Shown here piece by piece: positions 49,505 through 59,364 of a stretch of 64,000 bases of DNA. The notes below the pieces were generated by a model. That model was given only the letters and a program-made list of their open reading frames with translations, did not search any database and was not told the origin of the DNA. Made by a program: the position numbers and the translations under genes. The stretch is from an uncultured Cytophagales bacterium. GTDB lineage: Bacteria > Bacteroidota > Bacteroidia > Cytophagales > JAAEPT01. The stretch covers positions 2,406 to 66,405 of the forward strand of contig CAWKJU010000022.1 of the NCBI GenBank assembly GCA_963849955.1, read 5' to 3'. Every line of letters starts with the position of its first letter. Positions within the stretch are counted from its first letter, which is position 1.

Positions 49505-50485
49505 GTGGGAAAAAGATATTTTGAAAACATGGAAAAGTTATCCACATTTGTGGCGTTGAATAACATATCAAAAATAGCACTCACCACTATAGTTTTAATT
49601 TCAATAACTCTTGCTGTAGACGCACAGAAGTTTAAAAAGAAATCAAAATATATGAGCATTGGACCAACTATCAATGCTATAAATTATTTTGGTGAATTAG
49701 ATGCGGGACAAAGTTTTGCAGCGACTTCGTTAAAGTTTACCCGCTGGAATTTAGGTTGCGTTTTAGAAAAAAGAGTACACCCACGTGTTACCGCCAGAAC
49801 AGCCATTAGTTGGGGAAGAATTCAAGGTAACGATGCAAAGAGTAGCAATACTGAAGGATGGGACCTATATAGAAATGCCCGAAATCTTACTTTTAGAAAT
49901 GATTTGTTCGAATTTAAAGTCGATGGGATTGTCGATTTGTTTCAGAACAGAAAAGGGGTAGAAAAAAGAATTAAATTGACTCCGTATGGTTTTCTAGGAA
50001 TTGGTTTATTATACCACAATCCGAAAGGATACTTTGCGCCAAATGATGAATGGGTAGCATTACAGCCTCTGGGAACCGAAGGGCAAAATTTAAAAGGAAG
50101 CAGCCTTGAACCCTACTCTCGCCTACAAGTGGTAGTACCTTTTGGTATAGGTATCCGCTATAAAGTCAGTGTACTTTGGGATGTAGCATTTGAGGTAGGG
50201 TGGAGAAAAACATTTACTGATTATTTAGATGATGTAGGTGGCTCTTTTACTGACAAAGCTAATTTTGCTCCGCTTACTCCTGAATATTACCTTTCTGACC
50301 CGTCAATTTATGCAGATAATAATCCTTTAGGCACTTATAGAAGTCCAGAAGGGCACCGATATACCAAAGGTTTTGAAGAAGGGCAAAAGCGGGGTGGTGA
50401 TGGTAATGACTGGTATGTTGTAACAGGCTTTCACATCACCTATATATTCCACCCTAAGCTAGCATCACCTAAATTTAAAGGGTAA
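49505..50485 (+). CDS. DUF6089 / PorG-like outer membrane beta-barrel protein
   Basis: NYFGEL, RNLTFRND, LQPLGTEGQ, PFGIG, RKTFTDYLDDV, DWY; exact start codon uncertain. Confidence 0.8.
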   Translation: MGKRYFENMEKLSTFVALNNISKIALTTIVLISITLAVDAQKFKKKSKYMSIGPTINAINYFGELDAGQSFAATSLKFTRWNLGCVLEKRVHPRVTARTAISWGRIQGNDAKSSNTEGWDLYRNARNLTFRNDLFEFKVDGIVDLFQNRKGVEKRIKLTPYGFLGIGLLYHNPKGYFAPNDEWVALQPLGTEGQNLKGSSLEPYSRLQVVVPFGIGIRYKVSVLWDVAFEVGWRKTFTDYLDDVGGSFTDKANFAPLTPEYYLSDPSIYADNNPLGTYRSPEGHRYTKGFEEGQKRGGDGNDWYVVTGFHITYIFHPKLASPKFKG

Positions 50486-50534
50486 AGACTTATTATCATT
50501 ACAATAACTACAAACCACTTACGTTCTAAGCTGG

Positions 50535-51212
50535 ATGATGAATCGAATATATTTTCTCATAATACTATTAATTACTACAACAACCTCATTTGCACAATCT
50601 GCTTATGAGCTTGACCATCATATAGAAATAGGGTTTGGTGTCGGTGCATTAAACTATACGGGCGATTTAGCTCCAAAACTCACTTATAAAAACGCTTCTC
50701 CTGGTTTTCAAGCTTTTTATCGACACAACCATAAAAAAGAAGTTTCGGTATTCCGCTTTAATCTTTTAATTGGCGAAGTTAAAGGTTCACACACAATTCC
50801 AATACCGAATTTTGGCATAATAGATTCTAGCTTTTCAAGAACAGTAATGGAGTTAGCCGCCATATATGAATATAATTTTTTCAACTACCGAGACATCAAA
50901 GAAAACTTTTTTATGAGTCCTTATCTTTTTGGTGGAATAGCAGCGACAGTTCTTTTTGGTGATGAAAGCCACGCAACTTTTACCATTCCTTTTGGAGTAG
51001 GGGTAAAATACAAACTATCTTCAAACTGGAACCTTGGTCTTGAATACGGGGTGAGAAAAACATTTTATGATCGAATTGATATGATCAATGAAGATAAATC
51101 ATTATCTCGCTCAACCCCAGCAGATTGGTATTACTTTCTAGGTCTTAACTTAAGTTATACATTCTATCAGCAAAAATGCCCCGAGTGTTCACCCAAAGAT
51201 GTTCGCAGATAA
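50535..51212 (+). CDS. DUF6089 / PorG-like outer membrane beta-barrel protein
   Basis: EIGFGVGALNYTGDL, EYNFF, SPYLFGG, IPFGVGVKY, DWYYFLG, SYTF..CP; located just upstream of uppS-bamA. Confidence 0.82.
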   Translation: MMNRIYFLIILLITTTTSFAQSAYELDHHIEIGFGVGALNYTGDLAPKLTYKNASPGFQAFYRHNHKKEVSVFRFNLLIGEVKGSHTIPIPNFGIIDSSFSRTVMELAAIYEYNFFNYRDIKENFFMSPYLFGGIAATVLFGDESHATFTIPFGVGVKYKLSSNWNLGLEYGVRKTFYDRIDMINEDKSLSRSTPADWYYFLGLNLSYTFYQQKCPECSPKDVRR

Positions 51213-51279
51213 ATATGCCTTAATAAAAACTTCTTAAAGAAGCTTTTTTTTGTACCTTGCAGCCCAATTTCTAGGGATT

Positions 51280-52038
51280 ATGAACCAGAAGATCAAAATT
51301 GATATACACAAAATTCCACAGCACATTGCCGTTATCATGGATGGGAATGGTCGTTGGGCTCAAAAAGCGGGAAAAGAACGTGTTTTTGGTCATCAAAATG
51401 GCGTTAATGCAGTTAAAGATACCGTTGAAGGTTGCCGTGAATTAGGTGTAAAATTTCTAACACTTTATGCTTTTTCAACGGAAAATTGGAATCGTCCCGT
51501 TGATGAAGTAAATGCTTTAATGGAGTTATTAGTACAAAGTATTGTGAACGAAACGGACAATCTTCAAAAAAATGATATACGCCTAAACTTTATTGGAGAC
51601 ATCACACGACTGCCTGAAAATTGTAAAAAAACCCTGTTTGAAGTGATTAATCAAACAGCTAATAATAAATCCATGACCCTTACTTTAGCACTTAGCTATA
51701 GTGGTAGGTGGGATATCGTAAATGCCTTCAAAAGCATTGCACAAGGATTAATAAATGGTGAATTGACACCAGATAAAATAAACGAACAACTGATTCAAGA
51801 CCATTTATCAACCGCGAAAATGCCTGATCCTGAGCTAATAATTCGTACAAGTGGCGAATTTAGGATTAGTAATTTTCTGCTTTGGCAAATCGCATATTCG
51901 GAAATATACATTACCGAAACTTTGTGGCCAGAATTCAGAAAAGAACATTTGGAAGAAGCTCTTCGTGACTACCAATCAAGAGAGCGAAGATTTGGGAAGA
52001 CGGGAGATCAGTTAAAGACAGAGACTGTTAGTAGATGA
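51280..52038 (+). CDS. uppS: Undecaprenyl diphosphate synthase (isoprenyl transferase)
   Basis: HIAVIMDGNGRWA, YAFSTENWNRP, IRTSGEFRISNFLLWQ, ERRFG; start taken at ATG 51280. Confidence 0.97.
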   Translation: MNQKIKIDIHKIPQHIAVIMDGNGRWAQKAGKERVFGHQNGVNAVKDTVEGCRELGVKFLTLYAFSTENWNRPVDEVNALMELLVQSIVNETDNLQKNDIRLNFIGDITRLPENCKKTLFEVINQTANNKSMTLTLALSYSGRWDIVNAFKSIAQGLINGELTPDKINEQLIQDHLSTAKMPDPELIIRTSGEFRISNFLLWQIAYSEIYITETLWPEFRKEHLEEALRDYQSRERRFGKTGDQLKTETVSR

Positions 52039-54563
52039 GAAGTAAGCTTTTTGTAATTGGAATATTCATTTTTGGCCTATTTTCTAACCTACGTGCTCAA
52101 GAGCAGGATTTGATTAGAATTAGTTATGCCAATCCTCAAAAGTACATTATTAAGGAGATTACCGTAAGTGGTATTGAATACTTAGATAAAAACACCATCA
52201 TCTCTTTAAGTGGTTTAAAAGAAGGTGATGAAGTCACCATTCCTGGGGATGCAATCACCAACGCTTTAAAAAAACTTTGGAAACAACAACTGGTGGGTGA
52301 TATTCAAATCTATATCACCAAGGTGGAAGGCAAAAACATCTCGCTCGAAATCTATTTAAAAGAACGTCCTCGTCTTTCCAAATTTTATCTTGAAGGTATT
52401 AAAAAAGGTCATTCAAAAGATTTAAGAGAGCAATTTGGTTTTATTACAGGTCAAAAAATTTCTGACGCTTTAATAAAAAACACTACTAATAAAGTCTATG
52501 ATTTTTACGAAGAAAAAGGCTATTACGGAACTGAAGTAGACGTAACGCAATTTCAAGACACTGCGCTAGACAACCACATCATCTTAAAATATGATGTAGA
52601 CAAAGGTGAAAAGTTAAAAATTAAAAAAATCAATTTTATTGGTGTCGAAAAAGTAGATCCTAAAAAGCTTAGGAAAAAAATGAAAGAGACCAAACAAAAG
52701 AAGTTTATTAGAATTTTTAAGCGATCTAAATATGTCAAGGATGACTACAAACTAGATAAACAAAAATTGATTGCCTATTACAACAACTTGGGAATGCGGG
52801 ATGCTAAAATTGTTGCCGACTCGGTTTATAAGGTGGACGATAAATATCTCAATATTGATATTCACATTGAAGAAGGTAGAAAATATTACTTCAGAGATAT
52901 TACATGGACAGGAAACTATAAATATAGCTCAGACACATTAAGTAGAGTTTTATCCATTAAAAAAGGAGACGTATATAACAAACAACTATTAGATACCCGA
53001 TTAAATTTTAATCCACAAGGGTTAGATATCAGTTCATTATATATGGATTACGGATATCTTTTTTTTAATGTTAACCCAGTTGAAATTGCCATAGATGGTG
53101 ATAGTATTGATATTGAAATGCGAATTTTCGAAGGTCAACAAGCCACTATCAACCGTGTATCCGTTAGTGGTAACACAAAAACGAATGACCATGTGATTAT
53201 TCGAGAACTCCGGACTATTCCTGGTGAAAAATTCAGACGATCGGATCTTATTAGAACCCAAAGAGAACTATCAACCCTTGGGTATTTTGATCCACAATCC
53301 ATTGGTATTAATCCTAAACCAAACCCTCAAGATGGAACCGTAGATGTAGAATATACCTTAGTCGAAAAACCAAGTGACCAACTGCAGCTTTCTGGCGGTT
53401 GGGGTGGTGCCGTTGGTTTTGTCGGTTCACTAGGTCTATCCTTTAACAATTTCTCGATTAGAAATATCCCTAAACCTAAATCATGGAGTCCGCTACCAAC
53501 GGGTGATGGTCAACAACTTTCAATACGATTTCAGGCAAACTTTGGATTCAGAGCTTACTCTTTGGGCTTTACAGAACCTTGGTTAGGTGGTAAAAAACCA
53601 ATCTCTTTTTCTGTCAACCTAAGTAGAAACGAACAAAGGAGATTTAATAACGAAGGAACCAAAACAGGACAATTTTCTGTCAACGCTATTTCTGTAAGTA
53701 TAGGAAAACGTCTAAAATGGCCCGATGATAACTTCACATTAAGACACACGCTTTCACTGCTTAACTATGATGTAAATAATTTTCAAATCAATCAAGACTG
53801 TATAAACTGTAGTGCTAATAACTTGGCTTATACCGCAACGATTTCTAGAAATGATTTGGATCAACCATTATATCCTACCACGGGTTCTACGATCTCCTTA
53901 AGCGGAGCATTTACTCCTCCTTACTCCCTTTTCGATAAATCAAAAATTGACAAACCATTACATGAAGGATTTATCGAGTACCATAAATGGATGTTTGACA
54001 ATAGCTGGTTCTTTAGATTGACACACAATAGAAAAACTGGCACAGGGTTTGACTTAGGAGACCAGAAAAAACAACACCCGCTTGTTCTTAATCTTCGTTC
54101 ACATTTCGGGTTTATTGGCTCATATAATAGTCAACTTGGAGTTGGACCTTTTGAACGATTCAAAGTTGGTGGTGATGGTCTTTCAGGAGCAGGATCAAGC
54201 TTCTATTTCGGAACGGATATTATTGGTCTCAGGGGTTATGGAAATAACACTATCGTAGGTAGTGATGGAAGTGATGGGGTGCTTTATAATAAATTTGTAA
54301 TGGAATTACGTTATCCTATTGTAATGGGCAATGCTGCAACTATATATGCTTTAACCTTTTTGGAAGGTGGTAATAACTGGAGTCAGTACAGCAATGTAAA
54401 CCCTTTTGACATTAAACGGTCTTATGGTATGGGTGTTCGAATATTTATGCCCGCATTCGGTTTGATTGGGTTTGATTGGGGTAATGGTATAGATGAAATT
54501 GAAGGCAAGCCTGGAGTTAATGGCGGTCAATTCCACTTCACAATTGGTCAAATGTTACGTTAA
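52035..54563 (+). CDS. bamA: Outer membrane protein assembly factor BamA
   Basis: POTRA domains (GNTKTNDHVIIRE), IGLRGY loop-6 motif, ELRYP, C-terminal FHFTIG beta-signal. Confidence 0.95.
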   Translation: MRSKLFVIGIFIFGLFSNLRAQEQDLIRISYANPQKYIIKEITVSGIEYLDKNTIISLSGLKEGDEVTIPGDAITNALKKLWKQQLVGDIQIYITKVEGKNISLEIYLKERPRLSKFYLEGIKKGHSKDLREQFGFITGQKISDALIKNTTNKVYDFYEEKGYYGTEVDVTQFQDTALDNHIILKYDVDKGEKLKIKKINFIGVEKVDPKKLRKKMKETKQKKFIRIFKRSKYVKDDYKLDKQKLIAYYNNLGMRDAKIVADSVYKVDDKYLNIDIHIEEGRKYYFRDITWTGNYKYSSDTLSRVLSIKKGDVYNKQLLDTRLNFNPQGLDISSLYMDYGYLFFNVNPVEIAIDGDSIDIEMRIFEGQQATINRVSVSGNTKTNDHVIIRELRTIPGEKFRRSDLIRTQRELSTLGYFDPQSIGINPKPNPQDGTVDVEYTLVEKPSDQLQLSGGWGGAVGFVGSLGLSFNNFSIRNIPKPKSWSPLPTGDGQQLSIRFQANFGFRAYSLGFTEPWLGGKKPISFSVNLSRNEQRRFNNEGTKTGQFSVNAISVSIGKRLKWPDDNFTLRHTLSLLNYDVNNFQINQDCINCSANNLAYTATISRNDLDQPLYPTTGSTISLSGAFTPPYSLFDKSKIDKPLHEGFIEYHKWMFDNSWFFRLTHNRKTGTGFDLGDQKKQHPLVLNLRSHFGFIGSYNSQLGVGPFERFKVGGDGLSGAGSSFYFGTDIIGLRGYGNNTIVGSDGSDGVLYNKFVMELRYPIVMGNAATIYALTFLEGGNNWSQYSNVNPFDIKRSYGMGVRIFMPAFGLIGFDWGNGIDEIEGKPGVNGGQFHFTIGQMLR

Positions 54564-54577
54564 AAACAGCTTTAATC

Positions 54578-55114
54578 ATGAAAAAACTAATCTTTGTATT
54601 ACTTTCGGTTTGGGCATTTCAAGTAAGCGCTCAAAAATTTGGATATGTTGACACTGAGTATGTACTCAAAAAAGTGCCAGAATATGCAGAAGCTCAAAAA
54701 GAGATTGATAAAATATCAATAATATACCAAAAAGAGATTGAAGGAAAATATGCTTCTCTTGATTCGATGTTTAATGCTTTTAGAAAAGAAGAAATTCTTC
54801 TCACCGAAGAAATGAAACAAAAGCGGCAAGATCAAATCATGCAAAAGGAAAAAGAGATTAAAGAATATCAAAAGAAAATCTTTGGTTTTGAAGGTCTTGT
54901 ATTCTTAAAACGTCAAGAATTAATAAAACCAGTACAAGACAAAGTGTTTGCTGCCGTTAAAAAAGTAGCACAGGGTCATCATTTACAAGTCGTATTTGAC
55001 AAAGCTTCAGATTTAGTCATGATTTACACCAACCCAACACACGACTATACAGATTATGTATTAGAAGAATTAGGATTAGGAGATAAAACAGACACCATAG
55101 ATAATAAAAGATAA
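54578..55114 (+). CDS. skp: OmpH/Skp family periplasmic chaperone
   Basis: AQKFGYVDTEYVL...KRQELIKPVQDKV...VFDK...DYTDYVL; follows bamA. Confidence 0.92.
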   Translation: MKKLIFVLLSVWAFQVSAQKFGYVDTEYVLKKVPEYAEAQKEIDKISIIYQKEIEGKYASLDSMFNAFRKEEILLTEEMKQKRQDQIMQKEKEIKEYQKKIFGFEGLVFLKRQELIKPVQDKVFAAVKKVAQGHHLQVVFDKASDLVMIYTNPTHDYTDYVLEELGLGDKTDTIDNKR

Positions 55115-55125
55115 ATAACACAGAT

Positions 55126-55680
55126 ATGAAAAAGATATTAGTAACAGCAGTATTAGCTATCGCATCATTAAGTATTCAAGCACAAAGCTTAAAATTGGCT
55201 TACACCAATGTGGAGTTCATTTTGGAATCACATCCTAAAATGAAAGAAATTCAATCAGAGATTGAAACGTTAACTAATCAGTATAGAAAAGACATCCAAA
55301 CACAAACACAGGAATTTCAAGCAAGAGTCGCTCAATATCAAAAAGGGGAAGCGATGATGTCTGATATTGTAAAAGCTGATAAGCAAAAAGAACTTCAAGA
55401 TGCTCAAAATAGAATTGAGGATATGCAAAACAATGCACAAATGAAGTTAATGCAAAAGCAAGAAACGTTATTAGCACCTGTCTTAGACGAAATTGAAGCA
55501 GCTATCGAAGCTGTAGCTAAAGAAAATGGGTACGACTATGTATTCAATGGTTCAACAAGTAATGGTACTTCCATCGTTTTGTATGCTAAATCCAAAGGAG
55601 ATAATTTAACCCTAAAAATATTTCAAAAGCTAGGCATTCCAGTTTCAGAAGAACTGAAAAAAGAACTAGAGCAAAACTAA
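55126..55680 (+). CDS. skp: OmpH/Skp family periplasmic chaperone (second paralog)
   Basis: KLAYTNVEFIL...KQETLLAPVL...VAKENGYDYVF. Confidence 0.9.
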   Translation: MKKILVTAVLAIASLSIQAQSLKLAYTNVEFILESHPKMKEIQSEIETLTNQYRKDIQTQTQEFQARVAQYQKGEAMMSDIVKADKQKELQDAQNRIEDMQNNAQMKLMQKQETLLAPVLDEIEAAIEAVAKENGYDYVFNGSTSNGTSIVLYAKSKGDNLTLKIFQKLGIPVSEELKKELEQN

Positions 55681-55685
55681 AAATT

Positions 55686-55711
55686 AAAAGCGGCCAATGG
55701 CCGCTTTTTTT
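55686..55711 (+). terminator. Intrinsic terminator after skp
   Basis: aaaagcggcc-aat-ggccgctttt plus T run. Confidence 0.9.
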
Positions 55712-55758
55712 CTTTCTAGCCCTTTCCGCTTGTATTTTTTCTTCTATCAAAATAGGCA

Positions 55759-55766
55759 TATATTTG
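55759..55766 (+). promoter_or_regulatory. Bacteroidota -7 promoter element of holB (very short leader)
   Basis: TATATTTG ending 7 nt before the ATG. Confidence 0.55.
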
Positions 55767-55773
55767 AGCGTTT

Positions 55774-56895
55774 ATGCAATTTTCACAAATCGTAGGTCTG
55801 TCTCATGTTAAACAATCACTGATTCAATCAGTCGCTGATTCGCATGTTGCTCACGCACAAATGTTCTTGGGTACCACGGGATCAGCCAACATGGCTATTG
55901 CCTTGGCATATGCCTCGTACATCAACTGTGAAAATAGAAACGATAATGATTCTTGTGGTTTATGCTCTTCTTGTATAAAAATGCAAAAGCACATTCATCC
56001 TGATGTACAATATGTCTTTCCAACTTACTCATTAGGTTCAGGAGATAAAGATAAACAACGCGCGGAAATTATTGCTAACTGGCGTTCTTTTTTGAGTCAA
56101 AACCCATATAGTTCTTTACCAGACTGGGCAAACTTTATTCAGGCCGAAAATAAGCAGTGTATTATTTCGGTAGATGAAAGCAGGAATATTGTCAAAAACA
56201 TTTCTTTAAAAGCATTTGAAGGTGAATATAAAATGGTCTTCATTTGGCTTCCAGAAATGATGAACCAGGCAGCAGCTAACTCCATCTTAAAAATTTTAGA
56301 AGAGCCTCCAGAAAAAACACTTTTCCTGCTCATTTCTAATAGCTTGGAAAGCAACTTGGCTACCATCATATCGAGAACACAAATAGTAACTATCCCCACT
56401 TACCAAGCTAATGAAGTTTCTGAAACACTTCAAAAGGCATTTGGAATCACCGAAGAGCAAGCCTCACATGCTTCCCAACTGGAACAAAATAATGTTAATG
56501 AGGCACTAAAGCTTTGTTTTGGGGAAGAAAGTGATAGCAACGAACTTTTTCAAACATGGATGCGACTGTGTTTTACACGGAACTTAACCGAACTAGTTAC
56601 CTTATCTGAAGATTTTCAAAAACTCAGTAAGACGAATCAAAAAGCTTTGTTACAGTTTGGAATCAACATGACGCGGAACCTGCTTTTATTTCAAAGCGAC
56701 TCTAACCAGCTTCTTCGATTAAAAGAGTCTGAAAAAACATTTGTCACTAACTTCTCTAAAGTAATTACGATGGATAAAATGATGGCTTTTAGCTCTAGTT
56801 TAAATACTGCCTTTTTCCACTTGGAAAGAAATGCAAACCCTAAGATTACTTTCTTAGATTTATCATTAAACTTATCATCCTTGCTGAAAGCCTAA
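55774..56895 (+). CDS. holB: DNA polymerase III subunit delta'
   Basis: HAQMFLG, C..DSCGLCSSC zinc module, HPDV, AANSILKILEEPP, TIISRTQ. Confidence 0.93.
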   Translation: MQFSQIVGLSHVKQSLIQSVADSHVAHAQMFLGTTGSANMAIALAYASYINCENRNDNDSCGLCSSCIKMQKHIHPDVQYVFPTYSLGSGDKDKQRAEIIANWRSFLSQNPYSSLPDWANFIQAENKQCIISVDESRNIVKNISLKAFEGEYKMVFIWLPEMMNQAAANSILKILEEPPEKTLFLLISNSLESNLATIISRTQIVTIPTYQANEVSETLQKAFGITEEQASHASQLEQNNVNEALKLCFGEESDSNELFQTWMRLCFTRNLTELVTLSEDFQKLSKTNQKALLQFGINMTRNLLLFQSDSNQLLRLKESEKTFVTNFSKVITMDKMMAFSSSLNTAFFHLERNANPKITFLDLSLNLSSLLKA

Positions 56896-56899
56896 TTAT

Positions 56900-57817
56900 A
56901 TGAAAATTAGAATAGCGACACGTAAAAGCAAGTTAGCCCTTTGGCAAACCTATCACATTGAACATCTTCTTCAAAATATAGGGTTGGAAACAGAAATTGT
57001 TTCTTTTGATACAAAAGGAGACCAAATACTTGATCGCTCGTTATCAAAGATAGGCAGTAAAGGGGTTTTTACTGAAGAGCTTGAAAATGGTTTGTTAAGT
57101 GGCGAAGTAGATATTGCCGTACATTCAGCAAAAGATTTACAATCTGATTTGGGACCAGACCTAGAAATCATTGCCTTTACAAAGCGAGAAGAAGTAAATG
57201 ATGTATTAGTTGCACTGGATAAGAAAAAATCAATTGAAGGTGATATTGTGATTGGTACTTCATCCACGCGAAGAGTGGCATTTTTAAAGCATTTCTATCC
57301 CCAAGCAAAAATTGTGGATATGCGGGGTAATTTACAAACCCGGTTCCAAAAACTTCAAGACGGACATTGTGATGCCCTTATGTTAGCCTATGCCGGTGTA
57401 CATCGAATGGAAATGGACGAATATATCTCAGAGAAACTTCCTTTCACCAAGTTTATCCCTGCAGTAGGTCAAGGTACTATCGCCATTGAAGTTGCAACAT
57501 CCTTAAGTAAAGAAAAAAAAGAAGCAATACGCACAGCATGCAATGATTCACACACAGAATCATGTTTAAAAGCGGAGCGTGCTTATTTAAAATATTTAAA
57601 CGGTGGCTGTAGCATCCCCGTGTTTGCCAACTGCACTCACGAACACAAAACCTTGACTATTAATGGTGGCATTGTTAGTTTAGACGGACAAAAATTCTTA
57701 AAACTAACGTTAACAGCTCCTATTCAAGATGCTGAACTTCTAGGCACCTCTCTTGCTAAAGAAATAATGGCAATGGGTGGCGAGAAAGTACTAGAAGACA
57801 TACGAAAAACTTTATAA
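56900..57817 (+). CDS. hemC: Hydroxymethylbilane synthase (porphobilinogen deaminase)
   Basis: ATRKSKLALWQ, KGVFTEELE, AVHSAKD, GTSSTRR, RGNLQTR, PAVGQG, GGCSIP. Confidence 0.97.
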   Translation: MKIRIATRKSKLALWQTYHIEHLLQNIGLETEIVSFDTKGDQILDRSLSKIGSKGVFTEELENGLLSGEVDIAVHSAKDLQSDLGPDLEIIAFTKREEVNDVLVALDKKKSIEGDIVIGTSSTRRVAFLKHFYPQAKIVDMRGNLQTRFQKLQDGHCDALMLAYAGVHRMEMDEYISEKLPFTKFIPAVGQGTIAIEVATSLSKEKKEAIRTACNDSHTESCLKAERAYLKYLNGGCSIPVFANCTHEHKTLTINGGIVSLDGQKFLKLTLTAPIQDAELLGTSLAKEIMAMGGEKVLEDIRKTL

Positions 57818-57826
57818 ATCATAACA

Positions 57827-58450
57827 ATGAAAAAATTCACTTTTATATTATTGGCTTTTTTAATTGGCTTGGCTTCAGAAGCGAAAGGACCGAAAAAGAA
57901 AAAATATGACTCCGTAGTTACCATCTCTACAGCATATGGTGATATGGTTTTTATCTTATTTGACGAAACACCAAAACACAAAGCCAATTTCATCGAGTTA
58001 GTTAAAAAAGGGTTTTATGATAGCACTACCTTCCATCGCGTCATCAAAGATTTTATGATTCAAGGAGGTGATCCTAATTCTAAAAATGACAACCCCTCAG
58101 ATGACGGTCAGGGGGGGCCAGGGTACACCGTTCCAGCTGAATTTACCGATCACAAACATGTAAAGGGTGCACTTGCAGCAGCAAGAAAAGGTGACATGGT
58201 AAATCCAAAACAAGAATCCAGTGGTTCGCAATTTTACATCGTGCACAATTCAGAAGGTACTCCACATCTTGATGGACATTATACCGTGTTTGGGATCATC
58301 ATAAAAGGAATGGAGGTCATTGATAAAATTGCAAATGCTGAAACTGGTGCGATGAACAGACCTATGAAAGACATCCCAATGACAGTGACTGTGGAAGAGG
58401 TCAAGCGAAAAAAAATCACAAAAACTTACGGGTATACCTACGATAAATAA
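57827..58450 (+). CDS. Exported cyclophilin-type peptidyl-prolyl isomerase
   Basis: Signal peptide; FHRVIKDFMIQGGDP, SGSQFYI, HLDGHYTVFG. Confidence 0.95.
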   Translation: MKKFTFILLAFLIGLASEAKGPKKKKYDSVVTISTAYGDMVFILFDETPKHKANFIELVKKGFYDSTTFHRVIKDFMIQGGDPNSKNDNPSDDGQGGPGYTVPAEFTDHKHVKGALAAARKGDMVNPKQESSGSQFYIVHNSEGTPHLDGHYTVFGIIIKGMEVIDKIANAETGAMNRPMKDIPMTVTVEEVKRKKITKTYGYTYDK

Positions 58451-59361
58451 TGAAAAAGAAAATTTTAGTTACCGGCTCCAATGGCCTTTTAGGTCAAAAA
58501 CTTGTTCACTTAATTGCTACTAGTGACTATGATTTAATTGCTACTGCTCGTGGAGAAAACCGTATGATTTTTCAAGAAGGATATACCTATGCTCAAATGG
58601 ATATCACTGAAGAAAGTAATGTGAATGAAGTTTTAGAAAAATACCGACCTGACTATATCATCAACACTGCTGCAATGACAAATGTTGACCAGTGTGAAGA
58701 AGATAAACAAGGGTGTGATTTACTAAATGTAACTGCTGTTCAGTATCTCGTAAATGCCTGCAATAAGTACAATATTCACTTGATTCATCTTTCTACTGAC
58801 TTTATTTTTGATGGTGAGGCTGGTCCTTATACGGAAGAGGCGCAGGCTAATCCAGTAAGTTACTATGGAGAGAGCAAACTTAAAGCGGAAGAAATAGTTC
58901 AGACTTGCACTGCACCATGGGCTATTGCCAGAACCGTATTAGTTTATGGTATCTGCGAAGGTATGAGTCGTTCCAACATCATCCTTTGGGTAAAAAATTC
59001 TATTGAAAACAAAAAGCCAATCAACGTGGTTAATGACCAATGGCGAAGCCCTACGCTCGCAGAAGACCTGGCTCAAGGGTGTTTCTTAATCGCTAAAAAT
59101 AATGCCACGGGCATCTACAATATTTCAGGGGAAGATTTTTTAAACCCTTATCAAATGGCCATCTTCACAGCTGATTATTTCAATCTTGACAAATCATTTA
59201 TAACAGAAACTGATGGGAGCAAATTTTCTCAAACAGCTAAAAGGCCTCCTAAAACAGGGTTTAGAATCGAAAAAGCAAGAAAAGAATTGGGATATAAACC
59301 CCATAGTTTCACAGAAGGAATCCAAATTTTGGATGAACAAATGAAAAAACTAGAACTATAA
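58450..59361 (+). CDS. dTDP-4-dehydrorhamnose reductase family (RmlD/RfbD-like) SDR
   Basis: TGSNGLLG, AAMTNVD, STDFIFDG, YGESK, DQWRSPT. Confidence 0.9.
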   Translation: MKKKILVTGSNGLLGQKLVHLIATSDYDLIATARGENRMIFQEGYTYAQMDITEESNVNEVLEKYRPDYIINTAAMTNVDQCEEDKQGCDLLNVTAVQYLVNACNKYNIHLIHLSTDFIFDGEAGPYTEEAQANPVSYYGESKLKAEEIVQTCTAPWAIARTVLVYGICEGMSRSNIILWVKNSIENKKPINVVNDQWRSPTLAEDLAQGCFLIAKNNATGIYNISGEDFLNPYQMAIFTADYFNLDKSFITETDGSKFSQTAKRPPKTGFRIEKARKELGYKPHSFTEGIQILDEQMKKLEL

Positions 59362-59364
59362 ATT

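Noticed and set aside
47169-55680. Hydrolase-CBS-nadK-DUF6089x2-uppS-bamA-skp-skp cluster as a novel system
   Set aside because: A familiar conserved Bacteroidota gene order; nothing anomalous seen.
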